Under the pieces are notes generated by a model, which worked only from the letters and a program-made list of their open reading frames with translations, made no database searches and was not told the DNA's origin. Source: an uncultured virus (IMG/VR IMGVR_UViG_3300034759_000219) (lineage: Duplodnaviria; Heunggongvirae; Uroviricota; Caudoviricetes). From it: 64,000 nucleotides of DNA. Positions 20,325-32,611 of this stretch are shown in pieces. Numbering within the stretch: position 1 is the first letter of the stretch; every line of letters begins with the position of its first letter. Location: IMG/VR virus record IMGVR_UViG_3300034759_000219; one strand, 5' to 3'. The translations under genes and the position numbers were made by a program.

Positions 20325-22210
20325 ATTACAAGCGCGAATACAAGAGCCATGACCAAGTAGAAACAGAAATTTAGACAGTTGAAGACGTGGCTAGTTCTAT
20401 AGAACAAACCGCGCAAGAGTACTATGGTAGAGCTAAATAGGTTGTAGACACATAGAGATAGGTAAGAGCCAGCTTATTCAAGTCCATGAAACAATTTGGT
20501 GTACCTGTATAGCCGTCAAGGACAGATGTACAACATTAGATAAAAGTACTCAGACAGGCAGGTGGCAGAACGAGTACAGACTTGACAGACACGTCATTTA
20601 TAGACTTTGATGACTTTGTATACTAGACCGATGTGGTACAGTAGACTATACCACCGTACGAAGTTATATACTCAGGCATGGAAACTAAGCCAGTTTAGAC
20701 AAGCCAAGGTATAGTGTACACACATCGAGATGGACAATAGCCTATTCAAATCACCCCGGCTGGCGATATTTAGATGTGCCCGGATGACAAAATTGAACAA
20801 GTTACTATGAGCATTGAATTTGACAAAACACCGTCTAATACAGACAGGTTCAATGACTTATTCAATAAATACCGAGCTAAGAAAGAGTACGCATAGAGTA
20901 CAACTGTCGAGTTTGACAGTAATGTATGTAAAGACTCCATTCAGACTTCGGACCAATTTGTACTCAAATTACTTATGAACAATTTCAGTCAAATAGACTT
21001 AATGTCCGTCTTATCTAAATGGCTCTTATGCCCTATACAGAAGGCTATCAACGATATAGTAGATTAGTGGAATGCGCTTGCGTCTTTTGTAATGCATATA
21101 TTTGTACCTATTTTCAATTAGCACATACACACCACACCAATTGGCCCGACTTCGCCTCCAACTTCTACTGTAACGAACTTTGGTGATGTACCAAGGTGGT
21201 ATAAATTGCCATACGTATGCTTTGTAGAAGAATTTGCATACAAAATAGAATCCGCAAAACGAGCTCAGCTATGTGTTCAGCCGTTTCTGAACAAGACATA
21301 TACCTGTGGTGATATGAGATAGATAACTAAATTTTTAGATAAATACTCAGATAATTTAGCTTTAGAGATAGTTGGCGAACATGAAGACGACCCTAAGGTA
21401 AAAGCAATGCGCGAGAGTGGCTAGTGGAAAAAGATGAGCATGTACAGCGCAGATTAGGCTAATTTTGTACTCTTGAAGGTACATGATACACCAGCTTAGT
21501 TTGTCTCACCTTTAGCTTAGGAGCTTTTTGACCAACTCAGGTACATACTTCAACCTGTTGTGAATATTCCAGATGATGTATTTTTGTTCTGTGGCGATTT
21601 TGCTCAAAGTATGCTAACTGATATATCTAAGCTATCCGAATACGCATCTGCCGTAGACTCATTGTGTGAAAAACTACTTACGTTCTTAAAGCACTGTAAC
21701 TATGGCACAGTTACTAGCGCATTAGTACAAGACATAGCAAATGAATCTGCCTTGGCATTGAAAAAATCCTTTATATCTCAAGCGGACATAACCACATTTG
21801 TACAATTCATACAGAAGAATTAGGCGTGTGTAACGGACTAGTTTTTGCAAGCTATGTAGTATCTTGAACAATAGCTTAAGACAGGTAGCACGTCATATGC
21901 AGACACTATATAGCAGCGCATAAACGAGTAGTTTGTTGTATGTTCTTACACAGACGCAGAATAGATGTTTGAAAATATCAAGACTAGGTCATAGCCTAAG
22001 ACAACTAGCTTCACAAAGCTCATTGAAAAGATATAGGTCTTGTTTGGTGTAGACAAGTCTATATTTTTCAATACAGAGAACAAATTGACATTAGACGTAC
22101 TCAAACGTGCTGCAAGATTCATAAAGGCGTACCGCGATATGAAAAACCAGCTTTATCCATTGAACGGTTCTGGTGCAGTAGATGAGGATGTAATCAAATA
22201 GATGGGATGA
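20309..22210 (+). CDS. Hypothetical protein, TAG-recoded
   Basis: Continuous frame including track fragment 21560; ends in TGA. Confidence 0.65.
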
Positions 22211-22214
22211 GAGT

Positions 22215-23714
22215 ATGTAGTGTAAAGTTGTTAGAGAACGCGGTGTGGACATAAACTTCCCAGATATAATATCCGATACAGACTATGTAATTTCGCCAAT
22301 TTTAGCATAGCGAGACAGTGAAGTAGCATAGGCGTAGTAGACTATCAAGCAGTATTTTGCTGAAAACTTTCTAACCGACAATCCAGACGCAAAGGATGCA
22401 CTGTACTTTTTCAATTAGTAGGACCAGATAGTTAAATCCTAGCAATAGGCTCAAACTTAGGCAGATTGGTAGTCTGAATAGGCTTCGTATAATGTACAAA
22501 ATCCAATTTTACAAGTTACAGTGCAAGACTATTCAGGTCTTTTAACTGGCATGTACAATTAGAATAAGGAATCACCAACCTTAAACAATGTCGTGGACAC
22601 AGTAGAAAACCTTGAAGAATCACTCGCTTGGCTTATTGCATAGACTGCGTATGTAGATGAGTTTATAAGCAGGACTGTGTGCTGTATGCTCTTGTTTTCT
22701 AACAAACTCAAGCCTGAAGTCTTTTGGTATCTAAACGGACAGTAGCAAAACGAAACCGAGTTGAAACAGGAACTAACTTCACTAAAACAAGACATACAAG
22801 AAACTATAGACGTGATAAACGCATTAGACTTCTCACAACTTGCAAATATGGTAAACCTGCAACAACAAACCGACTCGCTTGAAACTACATATATGTCCGT
22901 CATGAACCAATAGTTTGCGTAGTTATTGAATAAACTCAACCAGATAATATCAACCAAGTACATGCCTGCTTTAGACAAGCTATAGTCTAAAAGCTTACTA
23001 GACCAAAACGCAACTATTACAGACATGACCAAGCTTATAAGCCAATAGTATGAGACATAGCTGAAAAACTTAAAACGCACAGATGTGTACAGCCACATGT
23101 CCAAACTTCAACGTACAGATGTCGAGAATAAGCTAAAATCCGAATTTGACGCAATACAACAGCAAGTCTGGTCTTCTTTAAGCCAAATTCGTATACCAGA
23201 TGGTACTAAGATAGGCGAAATTTGTGCGCCATTGTTTTCAAATATATCAAGCCAGCTGAACAATGTCGCATAGGGCTTCTTTGTGAATATTCTAAATTTA
23301 CTCAAGCAGTATTACTACACTGCACCTAAATTTGAAAATTAGCAACAATTGTCTGTTAAATAGTCGAATTCTATTTTGAAGAGATGTGCACAATAGCTCC
23401 AAACTGTTTAGGACAGTGTAAGTACAGACCAGCAAGGCTATGCCCAACTTTAGAGATAGTGCTTTAATCTGAATATCACGTTAGATTGGATACAAAATAC
23501 TACAAGCCAGCAAGACAGCACAAGCTCAGACCAATCTAGTGACACCACAGTGCCAAATACCGCTCGTACACTCAAATACGGCATCGTGTCGCTTGGTACT
23601 ATTGGACAGGACGTGGCAAACAAGATCACACTGTCTATGTCAGATGCGGTTAGTTCTAAGTTGCAGGGCGTTTTAAACCAACTGCGTGGGTTCTTGCCTA
23701 AAGGAGGCAGTTGA
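22215..23714 (+). CDS. Hypothetical coiled-coil protein, TAG-recoded
   Basis: Continuous frame including fragment 23085. Start is 22215 (ATG TAG) or 22245. Confidence 0.6.
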
Positions 23715-23715
23715 C

Positions 23716-25128
23716 GTGTAGTTTTGGGATATCTTCAAACGCAAGAAAGTCGAGCAAGTTGAACAAAATAACATAGATACAATGCGCCTGCTAAACCCGC
23801 CAGTTCGTGGAAAGCATACGCATATTATAGACGAGCAGTCTTTTGAAAGAACTGGCTATATAGAATTTGTGCATAAGGCTATAACAACAGATTAGATTTA
23901 GTAGCGTGTTGTAAAAAGGCTAGTTGAGATGTAGCTGTCTAATGGATTTCGCATCTTTTCTATAGACGAGAAAATAGATAATAGCGTGAGTAGGCGCTTA
24001 GATGAAATACAACTCTAGTCTGGTATGAGACTGTACCAAATCATACACGACTTGTTTTATGAATTTGTTGCATATGGTAATTAGTTCGCTGTACTTGTAA
24101 GAAACCAAGCACTTACTTCTGGCAAGAAATACAAATTTTAGGGCAATACCTTGGACCCAATAGCTGCAATTTTCAAATAGCCTACACGATTTGTATCTAT
24201 ACGCAGAAAAGCCAATGGCGACCCTATAGAATACAGGATCGCATTGAATGAATTACTGCCTTCAGACCAAGACAGAGAGCTTATAGCCAGGCGGGCTCAA
24301 TCTGCGTCTAATAATTATTAGCAAAGATTTCAGTAGAATGACGTTGTACATTTCGCTTTGAATCCAGACCCAGACCTAGGTGGGTTTGGCAGACCGATCA
24401 TATTAGAATAGCTGGATGATTTGCTCGTACTACGCAGTATGGAGACATAGCTAGATGATATGATACGCAGAGCAAAATTCTACCAAAAGTATTACATAGT
24501 TGGTTCTGAAAACATGCCTCCAAACCCAAATTCTGTGCAAGCTGTAAAAGAAAAGATAGAACAAAACGATCCAGATGAAATCATGATTGTACCATAGCCA
24601 GATAAGGTTGGTATCTAGTTTGAAGACATCATAACACCTGTTATAAACTCGATTAAAGAATTCAAAAACAGGACATATAGCGGGCTTGGTTAGTCTGGTG
24701 TGTAGATGGGTGAAGGTGGATCTGCAAATAGATAGACTGCAGAACGCGTACTTGAAGGATTCTATTAGATGTAGCGAAACTTACAAAAGATGTTCTAGTA
24801 GATCTTTGAATCGCAAATACTTTAGCAGATAGTTTTAGACTTAGGATACGATCCTTAGCAAATTGGCAACTAGTTTCCTAAACTTGTATTTGAAGACCCA
24901 GATATCGAGCGTACTATGCAGAAAAATTAGCATTATGCATTGCTATTTACACAAAACGTTATAACTGAGGACGAAATGAGATCGTACATAGGGCTTGGAC
25001 CGTTAAGTGAAGACCAGAGGTCTAAGCTATATGCAAACTTGTATGGGCAGACAAAAGTAAATATAAGTGCAAACCAAAACATAGTTCAACCTCAGAATCA
25101 GCACAAAGGAGGAGACCAAAATGGCTGA
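23716..25128 (+). CDS. Portal protein, TAG-recoded
   Basis: About 470 aa between terminase and protease: YGN*FAVLVR, DVVHF...GFGRP, *GLG*SGV*MGEGGSANR*TA, VITEDEMRSYIGLGPL. Confidence 0.8.
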
Positions 25129-26287
25129 CGGAATTTACGTCTGGATAGTAGCCAGCCATTCTGATAGGCCTATAAACAACAGAATATATAGGTCTGAAGA
25201 GATGATGCGCTAGGTTAAAACATGGACTAAGCCATACAAAAAGCCAGTCTTAAGGCACCATGACCAAACAGATGACGCAATTGGGCGGGTTGTACAGTAG
25301 ACATACGTGGACAAGTCGAGATGGAATACCGCTATACACGAGCTTGGTGTTGGAGATGAAGTGCCATTTCCAGATGATTAGACAGGTTAGCTTGTGATCA
25401 AGTAGCACATAACAGACCCAGATGCAGTACAAAAGATCAAAGATGGCAGGTATAACACTGTGAGTGTCGGCTTCTCTGCGGAACATATGTACTGCAGTAT
25501 ATGCGGTACAGATTGGTTTGAAGAACAATGCCAACATGAACAGGGAAAGGAATATGACGGAGTTGTATAGTATGGTATTCCAACTGGAATTATATACAAC
25601 GAAGTCTCGTTTGTTAACGTACCAGCTGATGACCATGCAATTGTAGCAAAGCAGATAAACAGCGATGGAGAAAGCGTGATTATATCGAATACTTCCTTTC
25701 GCTACATGTACGTCGATTGTTAGAAAACTGTTAGTCAAGTTACAGAAAGCAATGCTAACAGCGCCGTACATAGTAACCAGCATGATTAGGAGGTTAAAAG
25801 TATGGCTGACGAAACCAAAGAAAAGGAGTATGAAGCGCTTGTAAACTAGTACAAGGAGCTGCAAGAAAAATACGACTCTATGATAAACTCCGTAAAAGCC
25901 AGTATTGTAGACGCCATAATCGATGCAAAGCAGCAACTTGGGCATGAGTATTCAGATGAGCAAAAACAGAGCTTACGTGAAAAGTACTAGGCTATGTCTC
26001 TGGATGTACTGAACGCTATATACGATGAGCTAACAGACGAATGCGAGTTCATAGGTAAGTTTATCTCAGATTCAGCTGCACAAACAGAACAAAATAGTAA
26101 CTGCGACTGTAAGCAAGAGCAAACACAACAAACCAATCCAGAGCCAATACAGGACAAAGAACCAGATCCAAAGGTAGCAGAAAATCCTGTCGGCTTCATA
26201 AACAAAGTTGGAGAGGTTAAGGAAACTCAACTGGATTAGTTACAGTACGTCAAAAGGATATTAAGAATCGGAGGGGATATTAAATGA
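25121..26287 (+). CDS. Prohead protease / scaffold, TAG-recoded
   Basis: WTKPYKKPVLRHHD...AIGRV...KIKDGRYNTVSVGF...CSICG...EVSFVNVPAD. An in-frame internal RBS and ATG at 25802 suggests a nested scaffold protein. Confidence 0.85.
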
Positions 26288-27036
26288 TCGCAAAGTACAA
26301 AGCGCTGAAAAGGCCAATGCGCGTATTTGCAGAAGGAAAGGTTATAGGTGGCGGAATCAATCTTAAACCAGCTCCATACCTGCCAATTGTTGAAGTTACA
26401 CCAGATACACAACCAGTCGTTATAAAGAAAGGTACATTTGTAACACTTGATTAGAATGGCTTCGTTATACCAGCATATCCTTCTCAAAAATAGCTTACAT
26501 ACTCAGCTGTTGATGTACAATTTGGCGTTATAAACATCGACACTGGCGAACCAGTTCAAGCAGCTGGTACATCTACCTAGACGATCTCTGGCAAACCAAT
26601 AGGAATCGCATTGTATGACTATTTTCTAAACCTGCCTTAGTTCCAAGCAGATTACAACATTCAGCCTGAAGTTGGTATATTAACCGAAGGCTTGATCTTA
26701 CTCGCACTTGACAGTGCTCATTCAAGTGTCCAATACAAACCAGGCGATGTACTAGAACTCGACTCTGCAGGTTTCCCAGTCCCAGTTGCATAGCTTAATG
26801 TGACAGTTGACGAATCTGGAAGTGCCACACATGAAATCAAACTTGATGCGTCTAATTTTGTCGGTAAGCTTGTCAGAGTAATCGATGCCACAGATTAGTC
26901 ACTTGGCTGGACTGGCGGGTATGAACTTGTCGCACCAGCATCTGGCTTAGACCTGCCTGGTATTGAAAATGGCGGTATACTTGATGGCATAGACGAGACC
27001 ACAAAGAAAGGCTTACTAATCAAGCTCGGCTTCTGA
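26284..27036 (+). CDS. Probable head decoration / structural protein, TAG-recoded
   Basis: Lies between protease and capsid; open with TAGs; ends in TGA. Confidence 0.6.
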
Positions 27037-27050
27037 TGGGAGGGTCATTG

Positions 27051-28265
27051 ATGATTAACATACCTGAACTCGAAAAGATGGTTGAATACACAGTAGAAAA
27101 GATTTTGTACTCTGAAAATGCAGATTTCCTGCCTTTGCAGAAGGACAAGATCAAGGAATCACTATAGCGAGACAGCAAGCTCAAACTCTTAAAACAAGTT
27201 ATGAACAACAATGGCTACGTAGACAGATACTCTGCAAATTCTGCAGAAGATGCAGGTAGAATTGAGCTGAAAGACTTGGTTACATCGCCAGAATTCAAAG
27301 TACTGTTTCCAAAGGTTATAACAGACCTCGCACTTGAGACACTTGAACCAGCTTTGGTCTTGCAGAATATGCTTGAAACTATACAGTTCAAAGGCTCAGT
27401 TGCAACAATACCTGTCTTCTCAGGCTTTGGTGGCAACCTTGATATCCCAGAAGGCGGAGAACCACCTGTATTCAATGTAAAAGTTGGTGCATTCGAACAA
27501 GTAGTCATCGGCAAATCTGGTGTCATGGTTGAACTTACAGAAGAGACAATCAGATACAGCGCATATGACATCTTCAATATCCACGTTAAAGAAGCACTTA
27601 AGGCACTTGCAAGATGGAAAGAATACAAAGTTGCTAAGATGATCACAGGCAATGCAAGTGAAGAAATCGACGGTGGTACCGGAAAAGACATTTCTGGTGC
27701 AGACAATGGCGGTCTTACATTGTTTGACATCATGGAAGCAGCCACAAAGCTTATAAACAAAGGCTTCAATCCAGACGTCATAATCATGAACCCACTTGCA
27801 TATCCAGTCTTTATGTATAATGGTACACTCACAGCTATGTTCTATGCATTCGGTCAAGGCTCACTTGCAAACTGGCCTGCTCTTGCAAAGATAGCTAATG
27901 CTGAATTCTACAATAAAGTCGCTGGCAATAACATATCTGGCATCTCACTACCAGCTGGCGTATTTGGTAAAGGGCTCAGTATAGTACTGTCTCCATTCAT
28001 GCCATTCACACCAGCAAGTGACCAGACACCAGCTAAGACTGACATAATAGTAGCCGACTCGTCCGCACTTGGTTACCTTGTTGTAGACCAACTGCCAACA
28101 ACAGATGAGTTTGCAGATCCAATTAGAGAAATCAGGAAATTTAAGATTGTAGAAAGGTATTCAGTTGTACCTAAAGCAAAAGGTGCAGGTATCGCAAAGA
28201 TCAAGAACGTCAATGTTGTGAAGACATTCGATCCAATTCCATTCTACCAGATTCAACCACAATGA
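27051..28265 (+). CDS. Major capsid protein (404 aa) with a single TAG at codon 39
   Basis: RBS GGGAGGG before TTG/ATG 27048/27051, in frame with track ORF 27201. One TAG at 27165-27167. Capsid-like motifs IPEGGE and DVIIMNP. Confidence 0.85.
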
Positions 28266-28283
28266 TACTTTCTATCCTATCTG

Positions 28284-28309
28284 GCGGGCTTTTTAAGCCC
28301 GCTTTTTTA
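28284..28309 (+). terminator. Intrinsic terminator after the capsid gene
   Basis: GCGGGCTT-TTT-AAGCCCGC followed by a T-run. Confidence 0.75.
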
Positions 28310-28340
28310 TGCACAATTTTAGGGTAGGAGGTATCCAAGC

Positions 28341-28877
28341 TTGAAAGTTGCAAACTTTTTAAGGAACACAGCTGAATTTGAAGATGGAACTGTGTATGAA
28401 CACCGAGGCAAACGCTGGCTGTCCTTAGAACCACTTCACTATGACGTACACAGATACTGGCTGATTTGCGACTATCCAGGTTGGATGGATAACTTAATCA
28501 AGCGTGTGAACGTCCCAACTGAGGAACAAGCGCAGTTTATGGACAAGGTATTGCAATCGAGTTCTGCAATAAGCGACATGGTATTATTTCAGATAACCAA
28601 CCCAGACTAGGCTATGGAGCATATCGTGTTAGACAACTACGAATACCTGTCTGTTGTCACACCACAGTGTCTAAACTATTTTATCCACGACTGCTTTTTC
28701 TTCATAACAAGCACCGGAAACGACACAAAACTATACTGTTGCGCATTGTGTACGCAGGATAACATACCAAACGATAATATCATACTTGCATTAATCAACA
28801 ACGACAAGGAAAGCGTGTTTAACTTAAAACTAAAAGTTGCAGACAAGCACAACTGTACACGCGTCTGTACTATTTGA
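28341..28877 (+). CDS. Hypothetical protein; two track ORFs joined across one TAG
   Basis: 28341..28610 (TAG stop) and 28614..28877 are in the same frame. Confidence 0.6.
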
Positions 28878-28900
28878 AAGCGCCGCTTTTGTGCGGCGCA

Positions 28901-29245
28901 TCATTCTTTTTCAATCAACAAATTTTCTGTTTCTACGTACACTTCGGCTGGATGCATATACTTGAACGAATAACTTAAAAATGCAAAACCGGGCATAAAT
29001 TGATTTTGTAAGTCGATCAATTTGTCTGTCGCGCTTATATTTGTAACTCTTATCATCTTATCTTCTGGTATTTGGCCTATACCTAAAGCTTGACAGACCA
29101 TTCTCTTTACCTCGTCTACGTATATGTCGCTAATTACTTTGTAGAACATACGCTCTAAATACGGATTATGCAAGTTTTCTAATACTCTGCCTATATGTGC
29201 AAGATCTTCAAATACCGCCATATCGACCTTTACTTTTACTATCAT
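28901..29245 (-). CDS. Hypothetical protein
   Basis: 114 aa, no TAG. Confidence 0.65.
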   Translation of the reverse strand: MIVKVKVDMAVFEDLAHIGRVLENLHNPYLERMFYKVISDIYVDEVKRMVCQALGIGQIPEDKMIRVTNISATDKLIDLQNQFMPGFAFLSYSFKYMHPAEVYVETENLLIEKE

Positions 29246-29550
29246 TTGCTCACCTTCTCTATGTATACTTTACTAACCGGCAATTTGTACTTGTTTTCTG
29301 TATCTATCTGTACACGTTTTTCAGGTGGGATAAACTCAAATATAACATCCAAATACTTAGCCATTTTGGGACTAAAATACACATTTTTGGGATCTAATTC
29401 ACACGGTTCATCATATACAAATTCACATAGTGCCTTGATTTCGTCTTCGTATACTTGCTGTATCTTTTGAGCCATTTTGCTTATCACAATCTCAGTTTCA
29501 CATGCCTTTACAGCTTGAGCTATTTTACTTAGCGATTTGAATATAGACAC
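29242..29550 (-). CDS. Hypothetical protein
   Basis: 102 aa, coupled to the next gene. Confidence 0.65.
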   Translation of the reverse strand: MSIFKSLSKIAQAVKACETEIVISKMAQKIQQVYEDEIKALCEFVYDEPCELDPKNVYFSPKMAKYLDVIFEFIPPEKRVQIDTENKYKLPVSKVYIEKVSK

Positions 29551-29790
29551 GTCTATAAACTATTTCAAACCTAACACCTCCTTGGTATATTTTCACCAAA
29601 CTTCAAGACTTAAACTGTGTGGTCCAGCTTCAACAACTATTGGCTTTTGGACGTACTTCAACTTAAGCACCTGCAAAGCAATTTAACTGCTTTGCTTCTT
29701 TTTCAATCCTCTTAATAGCTAGTTTCACAGGCAATTGCGGCTGGATGCCCCCGATTAAAATCGGGGGAGGAAAGCCGCCTAACCTCCCTT

Positions 29791-30048
29791 CTATGCAACG
29801 TATTTGTACCTCCAAGAGGCAAAACATACAAACTTGCAATCATCTGGTTTAGCCTGTTGGGTTAGTCTCTTGCCAGTATTGATATCATGCAGGCTTATTC
29901 TGTTGTTTATGTGCCCGCCAACATAGCACAGGCCGTATTTTGGGTGTTTAACGTAACTGCCACGTTTGAAGCCAAGTGACCTTGTACCACCTTGTCTCCT
30001 GCGGACACCACCTTTGGCGAACTGCAACATATGCAATTGCCTTCGGTT
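29791..30048 (-). pseudogene. IscB/IsrB-family C-terminal fragment
   Basis: RRQLHMLQFAKGGVRRRQGGTRSLGFKRGSYVKHPKYGLCYVGG...ISLHD. Confidence 0.7.
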
Positions 30049-30049
30049 A

Positions 30050-30490
30050 TTACCCTTTTTTATTCAACTTTTTAAGTTCATAATATATCTCTTCCATTCG
30101 TTGTAAATCTTCTTTAGGTCGATACTTATATTGTAAACTACCTTTATTAAGTTTTAAAAATTCAATCATTAAGATAGCCTGTTTCTGTTTAATCTTCATA
30201 ACATCAACTATTTCAGGTAAAAGCCAACGCATTGTATTTGGACTCAATCTTAACATATATATTTCCTTACGTCGTTCCCTTTTTTGACCATTAGCAATAT
30301 ATCCTTCTCCAATTAGTGTTTTAATATTTTCTAGTGCTTCAATATTTGTATTTCCTATATCTAGAATCGGTCTTAAACGATATCCTGAACTAATTCTTTT
30401 ATCCTTCTCTTTACAGATACCTATCCATCCTTCTCCATCTATAATCCCTGCCAAATATCCCTTCTCAATATCTGTTAACATCTTTATCAT
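30050..30490 (-). CDS. LAGLIDADG homing endonuclease
   Basis: GYLAGIIDGEGWI...IGNTN...KQKQA...LKKLNK. AT-rich relative to its surroundings. Confidence 0.88.
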   Translation of the reverse strand: MIKMLTDIEKGYLAGIIDGEGWIGICKEKDKRISSGYRLRPILDIGNTNIEALENIKTLIGEGYIANGQKRERRKEIYMLRLSPNTMRWLLPEIVDVMKIKQKQAILMIEFLKLNKGSLQYKYRPKEDLQRMEEIYYELKKLNKKG

Positions 30491-30512
30491 TCTAATTGTT
30501 CACCTCTTAATT

Positions 30513-30656
30513 CTGCCGTAGAGCCTGGAGCTAGGGTGGCACCCCGGGGTACTTATTAGCCCACTGGACGTAGCGGATTGGGTACCGCTTGGCCTAGTCA
30601 ACCGTTGCCTTGCTGCCGCCATCGCAAGCCCCCGAATTTATTCGGGGGTAGTTGAC
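30513..30656 (-). ncRNA. omegaRNA-like scaffold
   Basis: GTCAAC...GTTGAC closing stem, internal CCCCCGAAT/ATTCGGGGG hairpin, and a CTAGCTCCAGGCTCT segment. Confidence 0.65.
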
Positions 30657-30791
30657 TTGGCACAGGAACTTTATACGTTCTAACTGTGTATTTGCTCATT
30701 AAACTTCCTCCAAGTACGATCGTACCATTGCTGTACTGTTTTAACAACAAGCCCTTACTACTCCCCTAAAGGAGAGTAGCTTGCGGGCTTG

Positions 30792-31031
30792 CTATTTACT
30801 GTCATTATACACCACACATAACAATAGCGTTAAGGATGGTGTATAAAAATGAGAATCAACTGGTACAAGCTTTCTACTTAGGTTTGCCTGTGGGTCCAAG
30901 TCGACCGCGAGGATCTTAACAGGCCGTTTGGCGGTTCTGTATATAGACGTGCAGACAATGTATGATAGAGTAGTCTTGCCGACACCGCCTTTCATATTAG
31001 CAAACGCGACTTTTTTCGGCAAGTCAAACAC
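30792..31031 (-). pseudogene. parA: ParA/Soj N-terminal fragment, truncated at an IS end
   Basis: ANMKGGVGKTT...AVDLDPQANLS, then similarity is lost. IS605-like hairpin at 30748-30791. Confidence 0.8.
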
Positions 31032-31180
31032 CCCCTGTCAAAAACATTATATACCATAAAGGTCAGGCAAGTCAAAATATAAACGAAAGCCACGGTATAT
31101 ACTAAAATTGTGATGTATATATTTCATTGCCAAGATATTTGTGGTATAATCAAGTTAGCAAAGCCGGAGGAGGTGTGTGT

Positions 31181-31729
31181 ATGACGCTTGTGTCTGTGAT
31201 TATATTTTTCGTCGTGATCAGTGTACTTGGCTTAGTTTTGTTGATAATGAGGGCTCTTGAAAAAGCCGGTCTGTACTCGCCAGACAAAGCTTATGATACT
31301 TTGAAGAAAGAGGAAGAAGAAGAAAAGGCTAGGCGAATACAACAGATCGCGCAGACTGCAAATTTACCAAAGTTAGAACCAGCGCAGTTGAAAGAAGAAT
31401 GGAAGAAAAGGTTTATGGACATAGTGCGCAAAGACGATTTCGAGCAAACTCTGTGGGATATGGAAGAGCCGATTTTGTACATGTTTGAAAACGGTTTGTT
31501 AGTTGTATATGATGGCGAACTCGGACTGCAAGCGCCTGTATGTGTCGCAAAATACCCACTTAATAAGCTCAAAGGATACATCGAACGGGATGAAGACTTT
31601 TGCTATGACATCGAGTTTGACGGCGACTTTTCAGACTGGGACAAGTGGTACGCACATAGGGAAGAGCTATTCAGTGTGCAAGAAATACTTGACATATTGG
31701 ACTTTATAGACAAAGTAGAGGTGAGCTAG
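31181..31729 (+). CDS. Membrane-anchored hypothetical protein (standard code)
   Basis: GGAGGAGG RBS, N-terminal transmembrane segment, extended -10 TGGTATAAT upstream. Ends in TAG. Confidence 0.75.
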   Translation: MTLVSVIIFFVVISVLGLVLLIMRALEKAGLYSPDKAYDTLKKEEEEEKARRIQQIAQTANLPKLEPAQLKEEWKKRFMDIVRKDDFEQTLWDMEEPILYMFENGLLVVYDGELGLQAPVCVAKYPLNKLKGYIERDEDFCYDIEFDGDFSDWDKWYAHREELFSVQEILDILDFIDKVEVS

Positions 31730-31730
31730 C

Positions 31731-31934
31731 GTGCCAATAGGCAGGTATGAGTGCAAAAACTGTGGGACTGTGCAAGAGGTACTTGCCAGCAAGCTCGAGC
31801 CTAGCATAGTATGCTAGAAATGTGGTGGAATAGCAAAGAAGATGCCCCCGTCTCGAGTGGCGATCAAGTTTGTTGGTGGCGGATTCTACAGTACAGACAA
31901 CAAGTCCAAGGGTGGCGATAAAGGTGAAAAATGA
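31731..31934 (+). CDS. FmdB-family zinc-ribbon protein, TAG-recoded
   Basis: MPIGRYECKNCG...C*KCGG...IKFVGGGFYSTD. Confidence 0.8.
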
Positions 31935-32412
31935 GCTTGAACACATAGTGAAGGAACAACACAAGCAATTTTGTGACGAATTTAGTATAACCGACTTTCC
32001 AAAACTGTACCATGTACTGGCAATGATTGAAACTGAGTCTTAGTGGAATTAGACCGCTGATTCAGGCTTTTAGCGTGGGCTGATGCAAGTGTCTGAATAG
32101 GCACTCAAGACGGTTAACCAAATATACAAGACCAAACTTTCTTATGATGATATGTTTGATCCCGCGAAAAATGTATTTGTAGGTATAAGATACATGCGCT
32201 GGCTATACAGATACTTTGCGGTTACAAAAGCATTTCCTGCCGAGATATAGATACCATTGACTATCATGTCCTACAATTGGGGGATTGGCAATATAGTCAA
32301 ATGGGTATATGAAACCAAAAAGTCTAATAGTTTCATAGATGAATAGATACCAGATGAGACTAAGTAGCACTTGCTAGATTGGATCTTCTGGTAGAGCATA
32401 CACCAAAAATGA
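31924..32412 (+). CDS. Lytic transglycosylase (SLT), probable endolysin, TAG-recoded
   Basis: AMIETES*WN*TADSGF*RGLMQ...FDPAKNVFVGIRY...SYNWGIG...IPDETK. Confidence 0.88.
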
Positions 32413-32594
32413 TAGCTGTCGTATGCGTCCTGCTAACTATTGCTTAGTTTTTAGCCTTGTGGTTTTGGACAATTAGAAGGATAGAGGCTATGTATTAGCG
32501 GGAAAAGATATTGTTTATGAAGATAGAGTAGTTGTATCAAGATATATTGCGGCTGTTGAGTAAATTAAGAAAACACTTTAATGATAAAACATAA
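32409..32594 (+). CDS. Small membrane protein (lysis-module candidate), TAG-recoded
   Basis: MIAVVCVLLTIA*FLALWFW; ATGA-coupled to the SLT gene. Confidence 0.5.
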
Positions 32595-32611
32595 TCAACG
32601 AGGTGATATAA

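Larger units (their letters stand above)
29737..30656 (-). mobile_element. Defective IscB/IsrB-type (OMEGA) IS200/IS605 element carrying a LAGLIDADG gene
   Basis: 5' GTCAACTACCCCCGAATAAATTCGGGGGCTTG...GTTGACTAG omegaRNA-like start, an IscB/IsrB-like C-terminal fragment, and a 3' hairpin CCCCCGATTTTAATCGGGGGC. Confidence 0.7.

Noticed and set aside
25511..25520. Match to the putative reRNA guide (GATTGGTTTG)
   Set aside because: Only 10 nt, too short to be meaningful.
13689..28434. Numerous minus-strand ORFs in the head module (and likewise beyond 34.6 kb)
   Set aside because: Antisense shadows of the recoded plus-strand genes.
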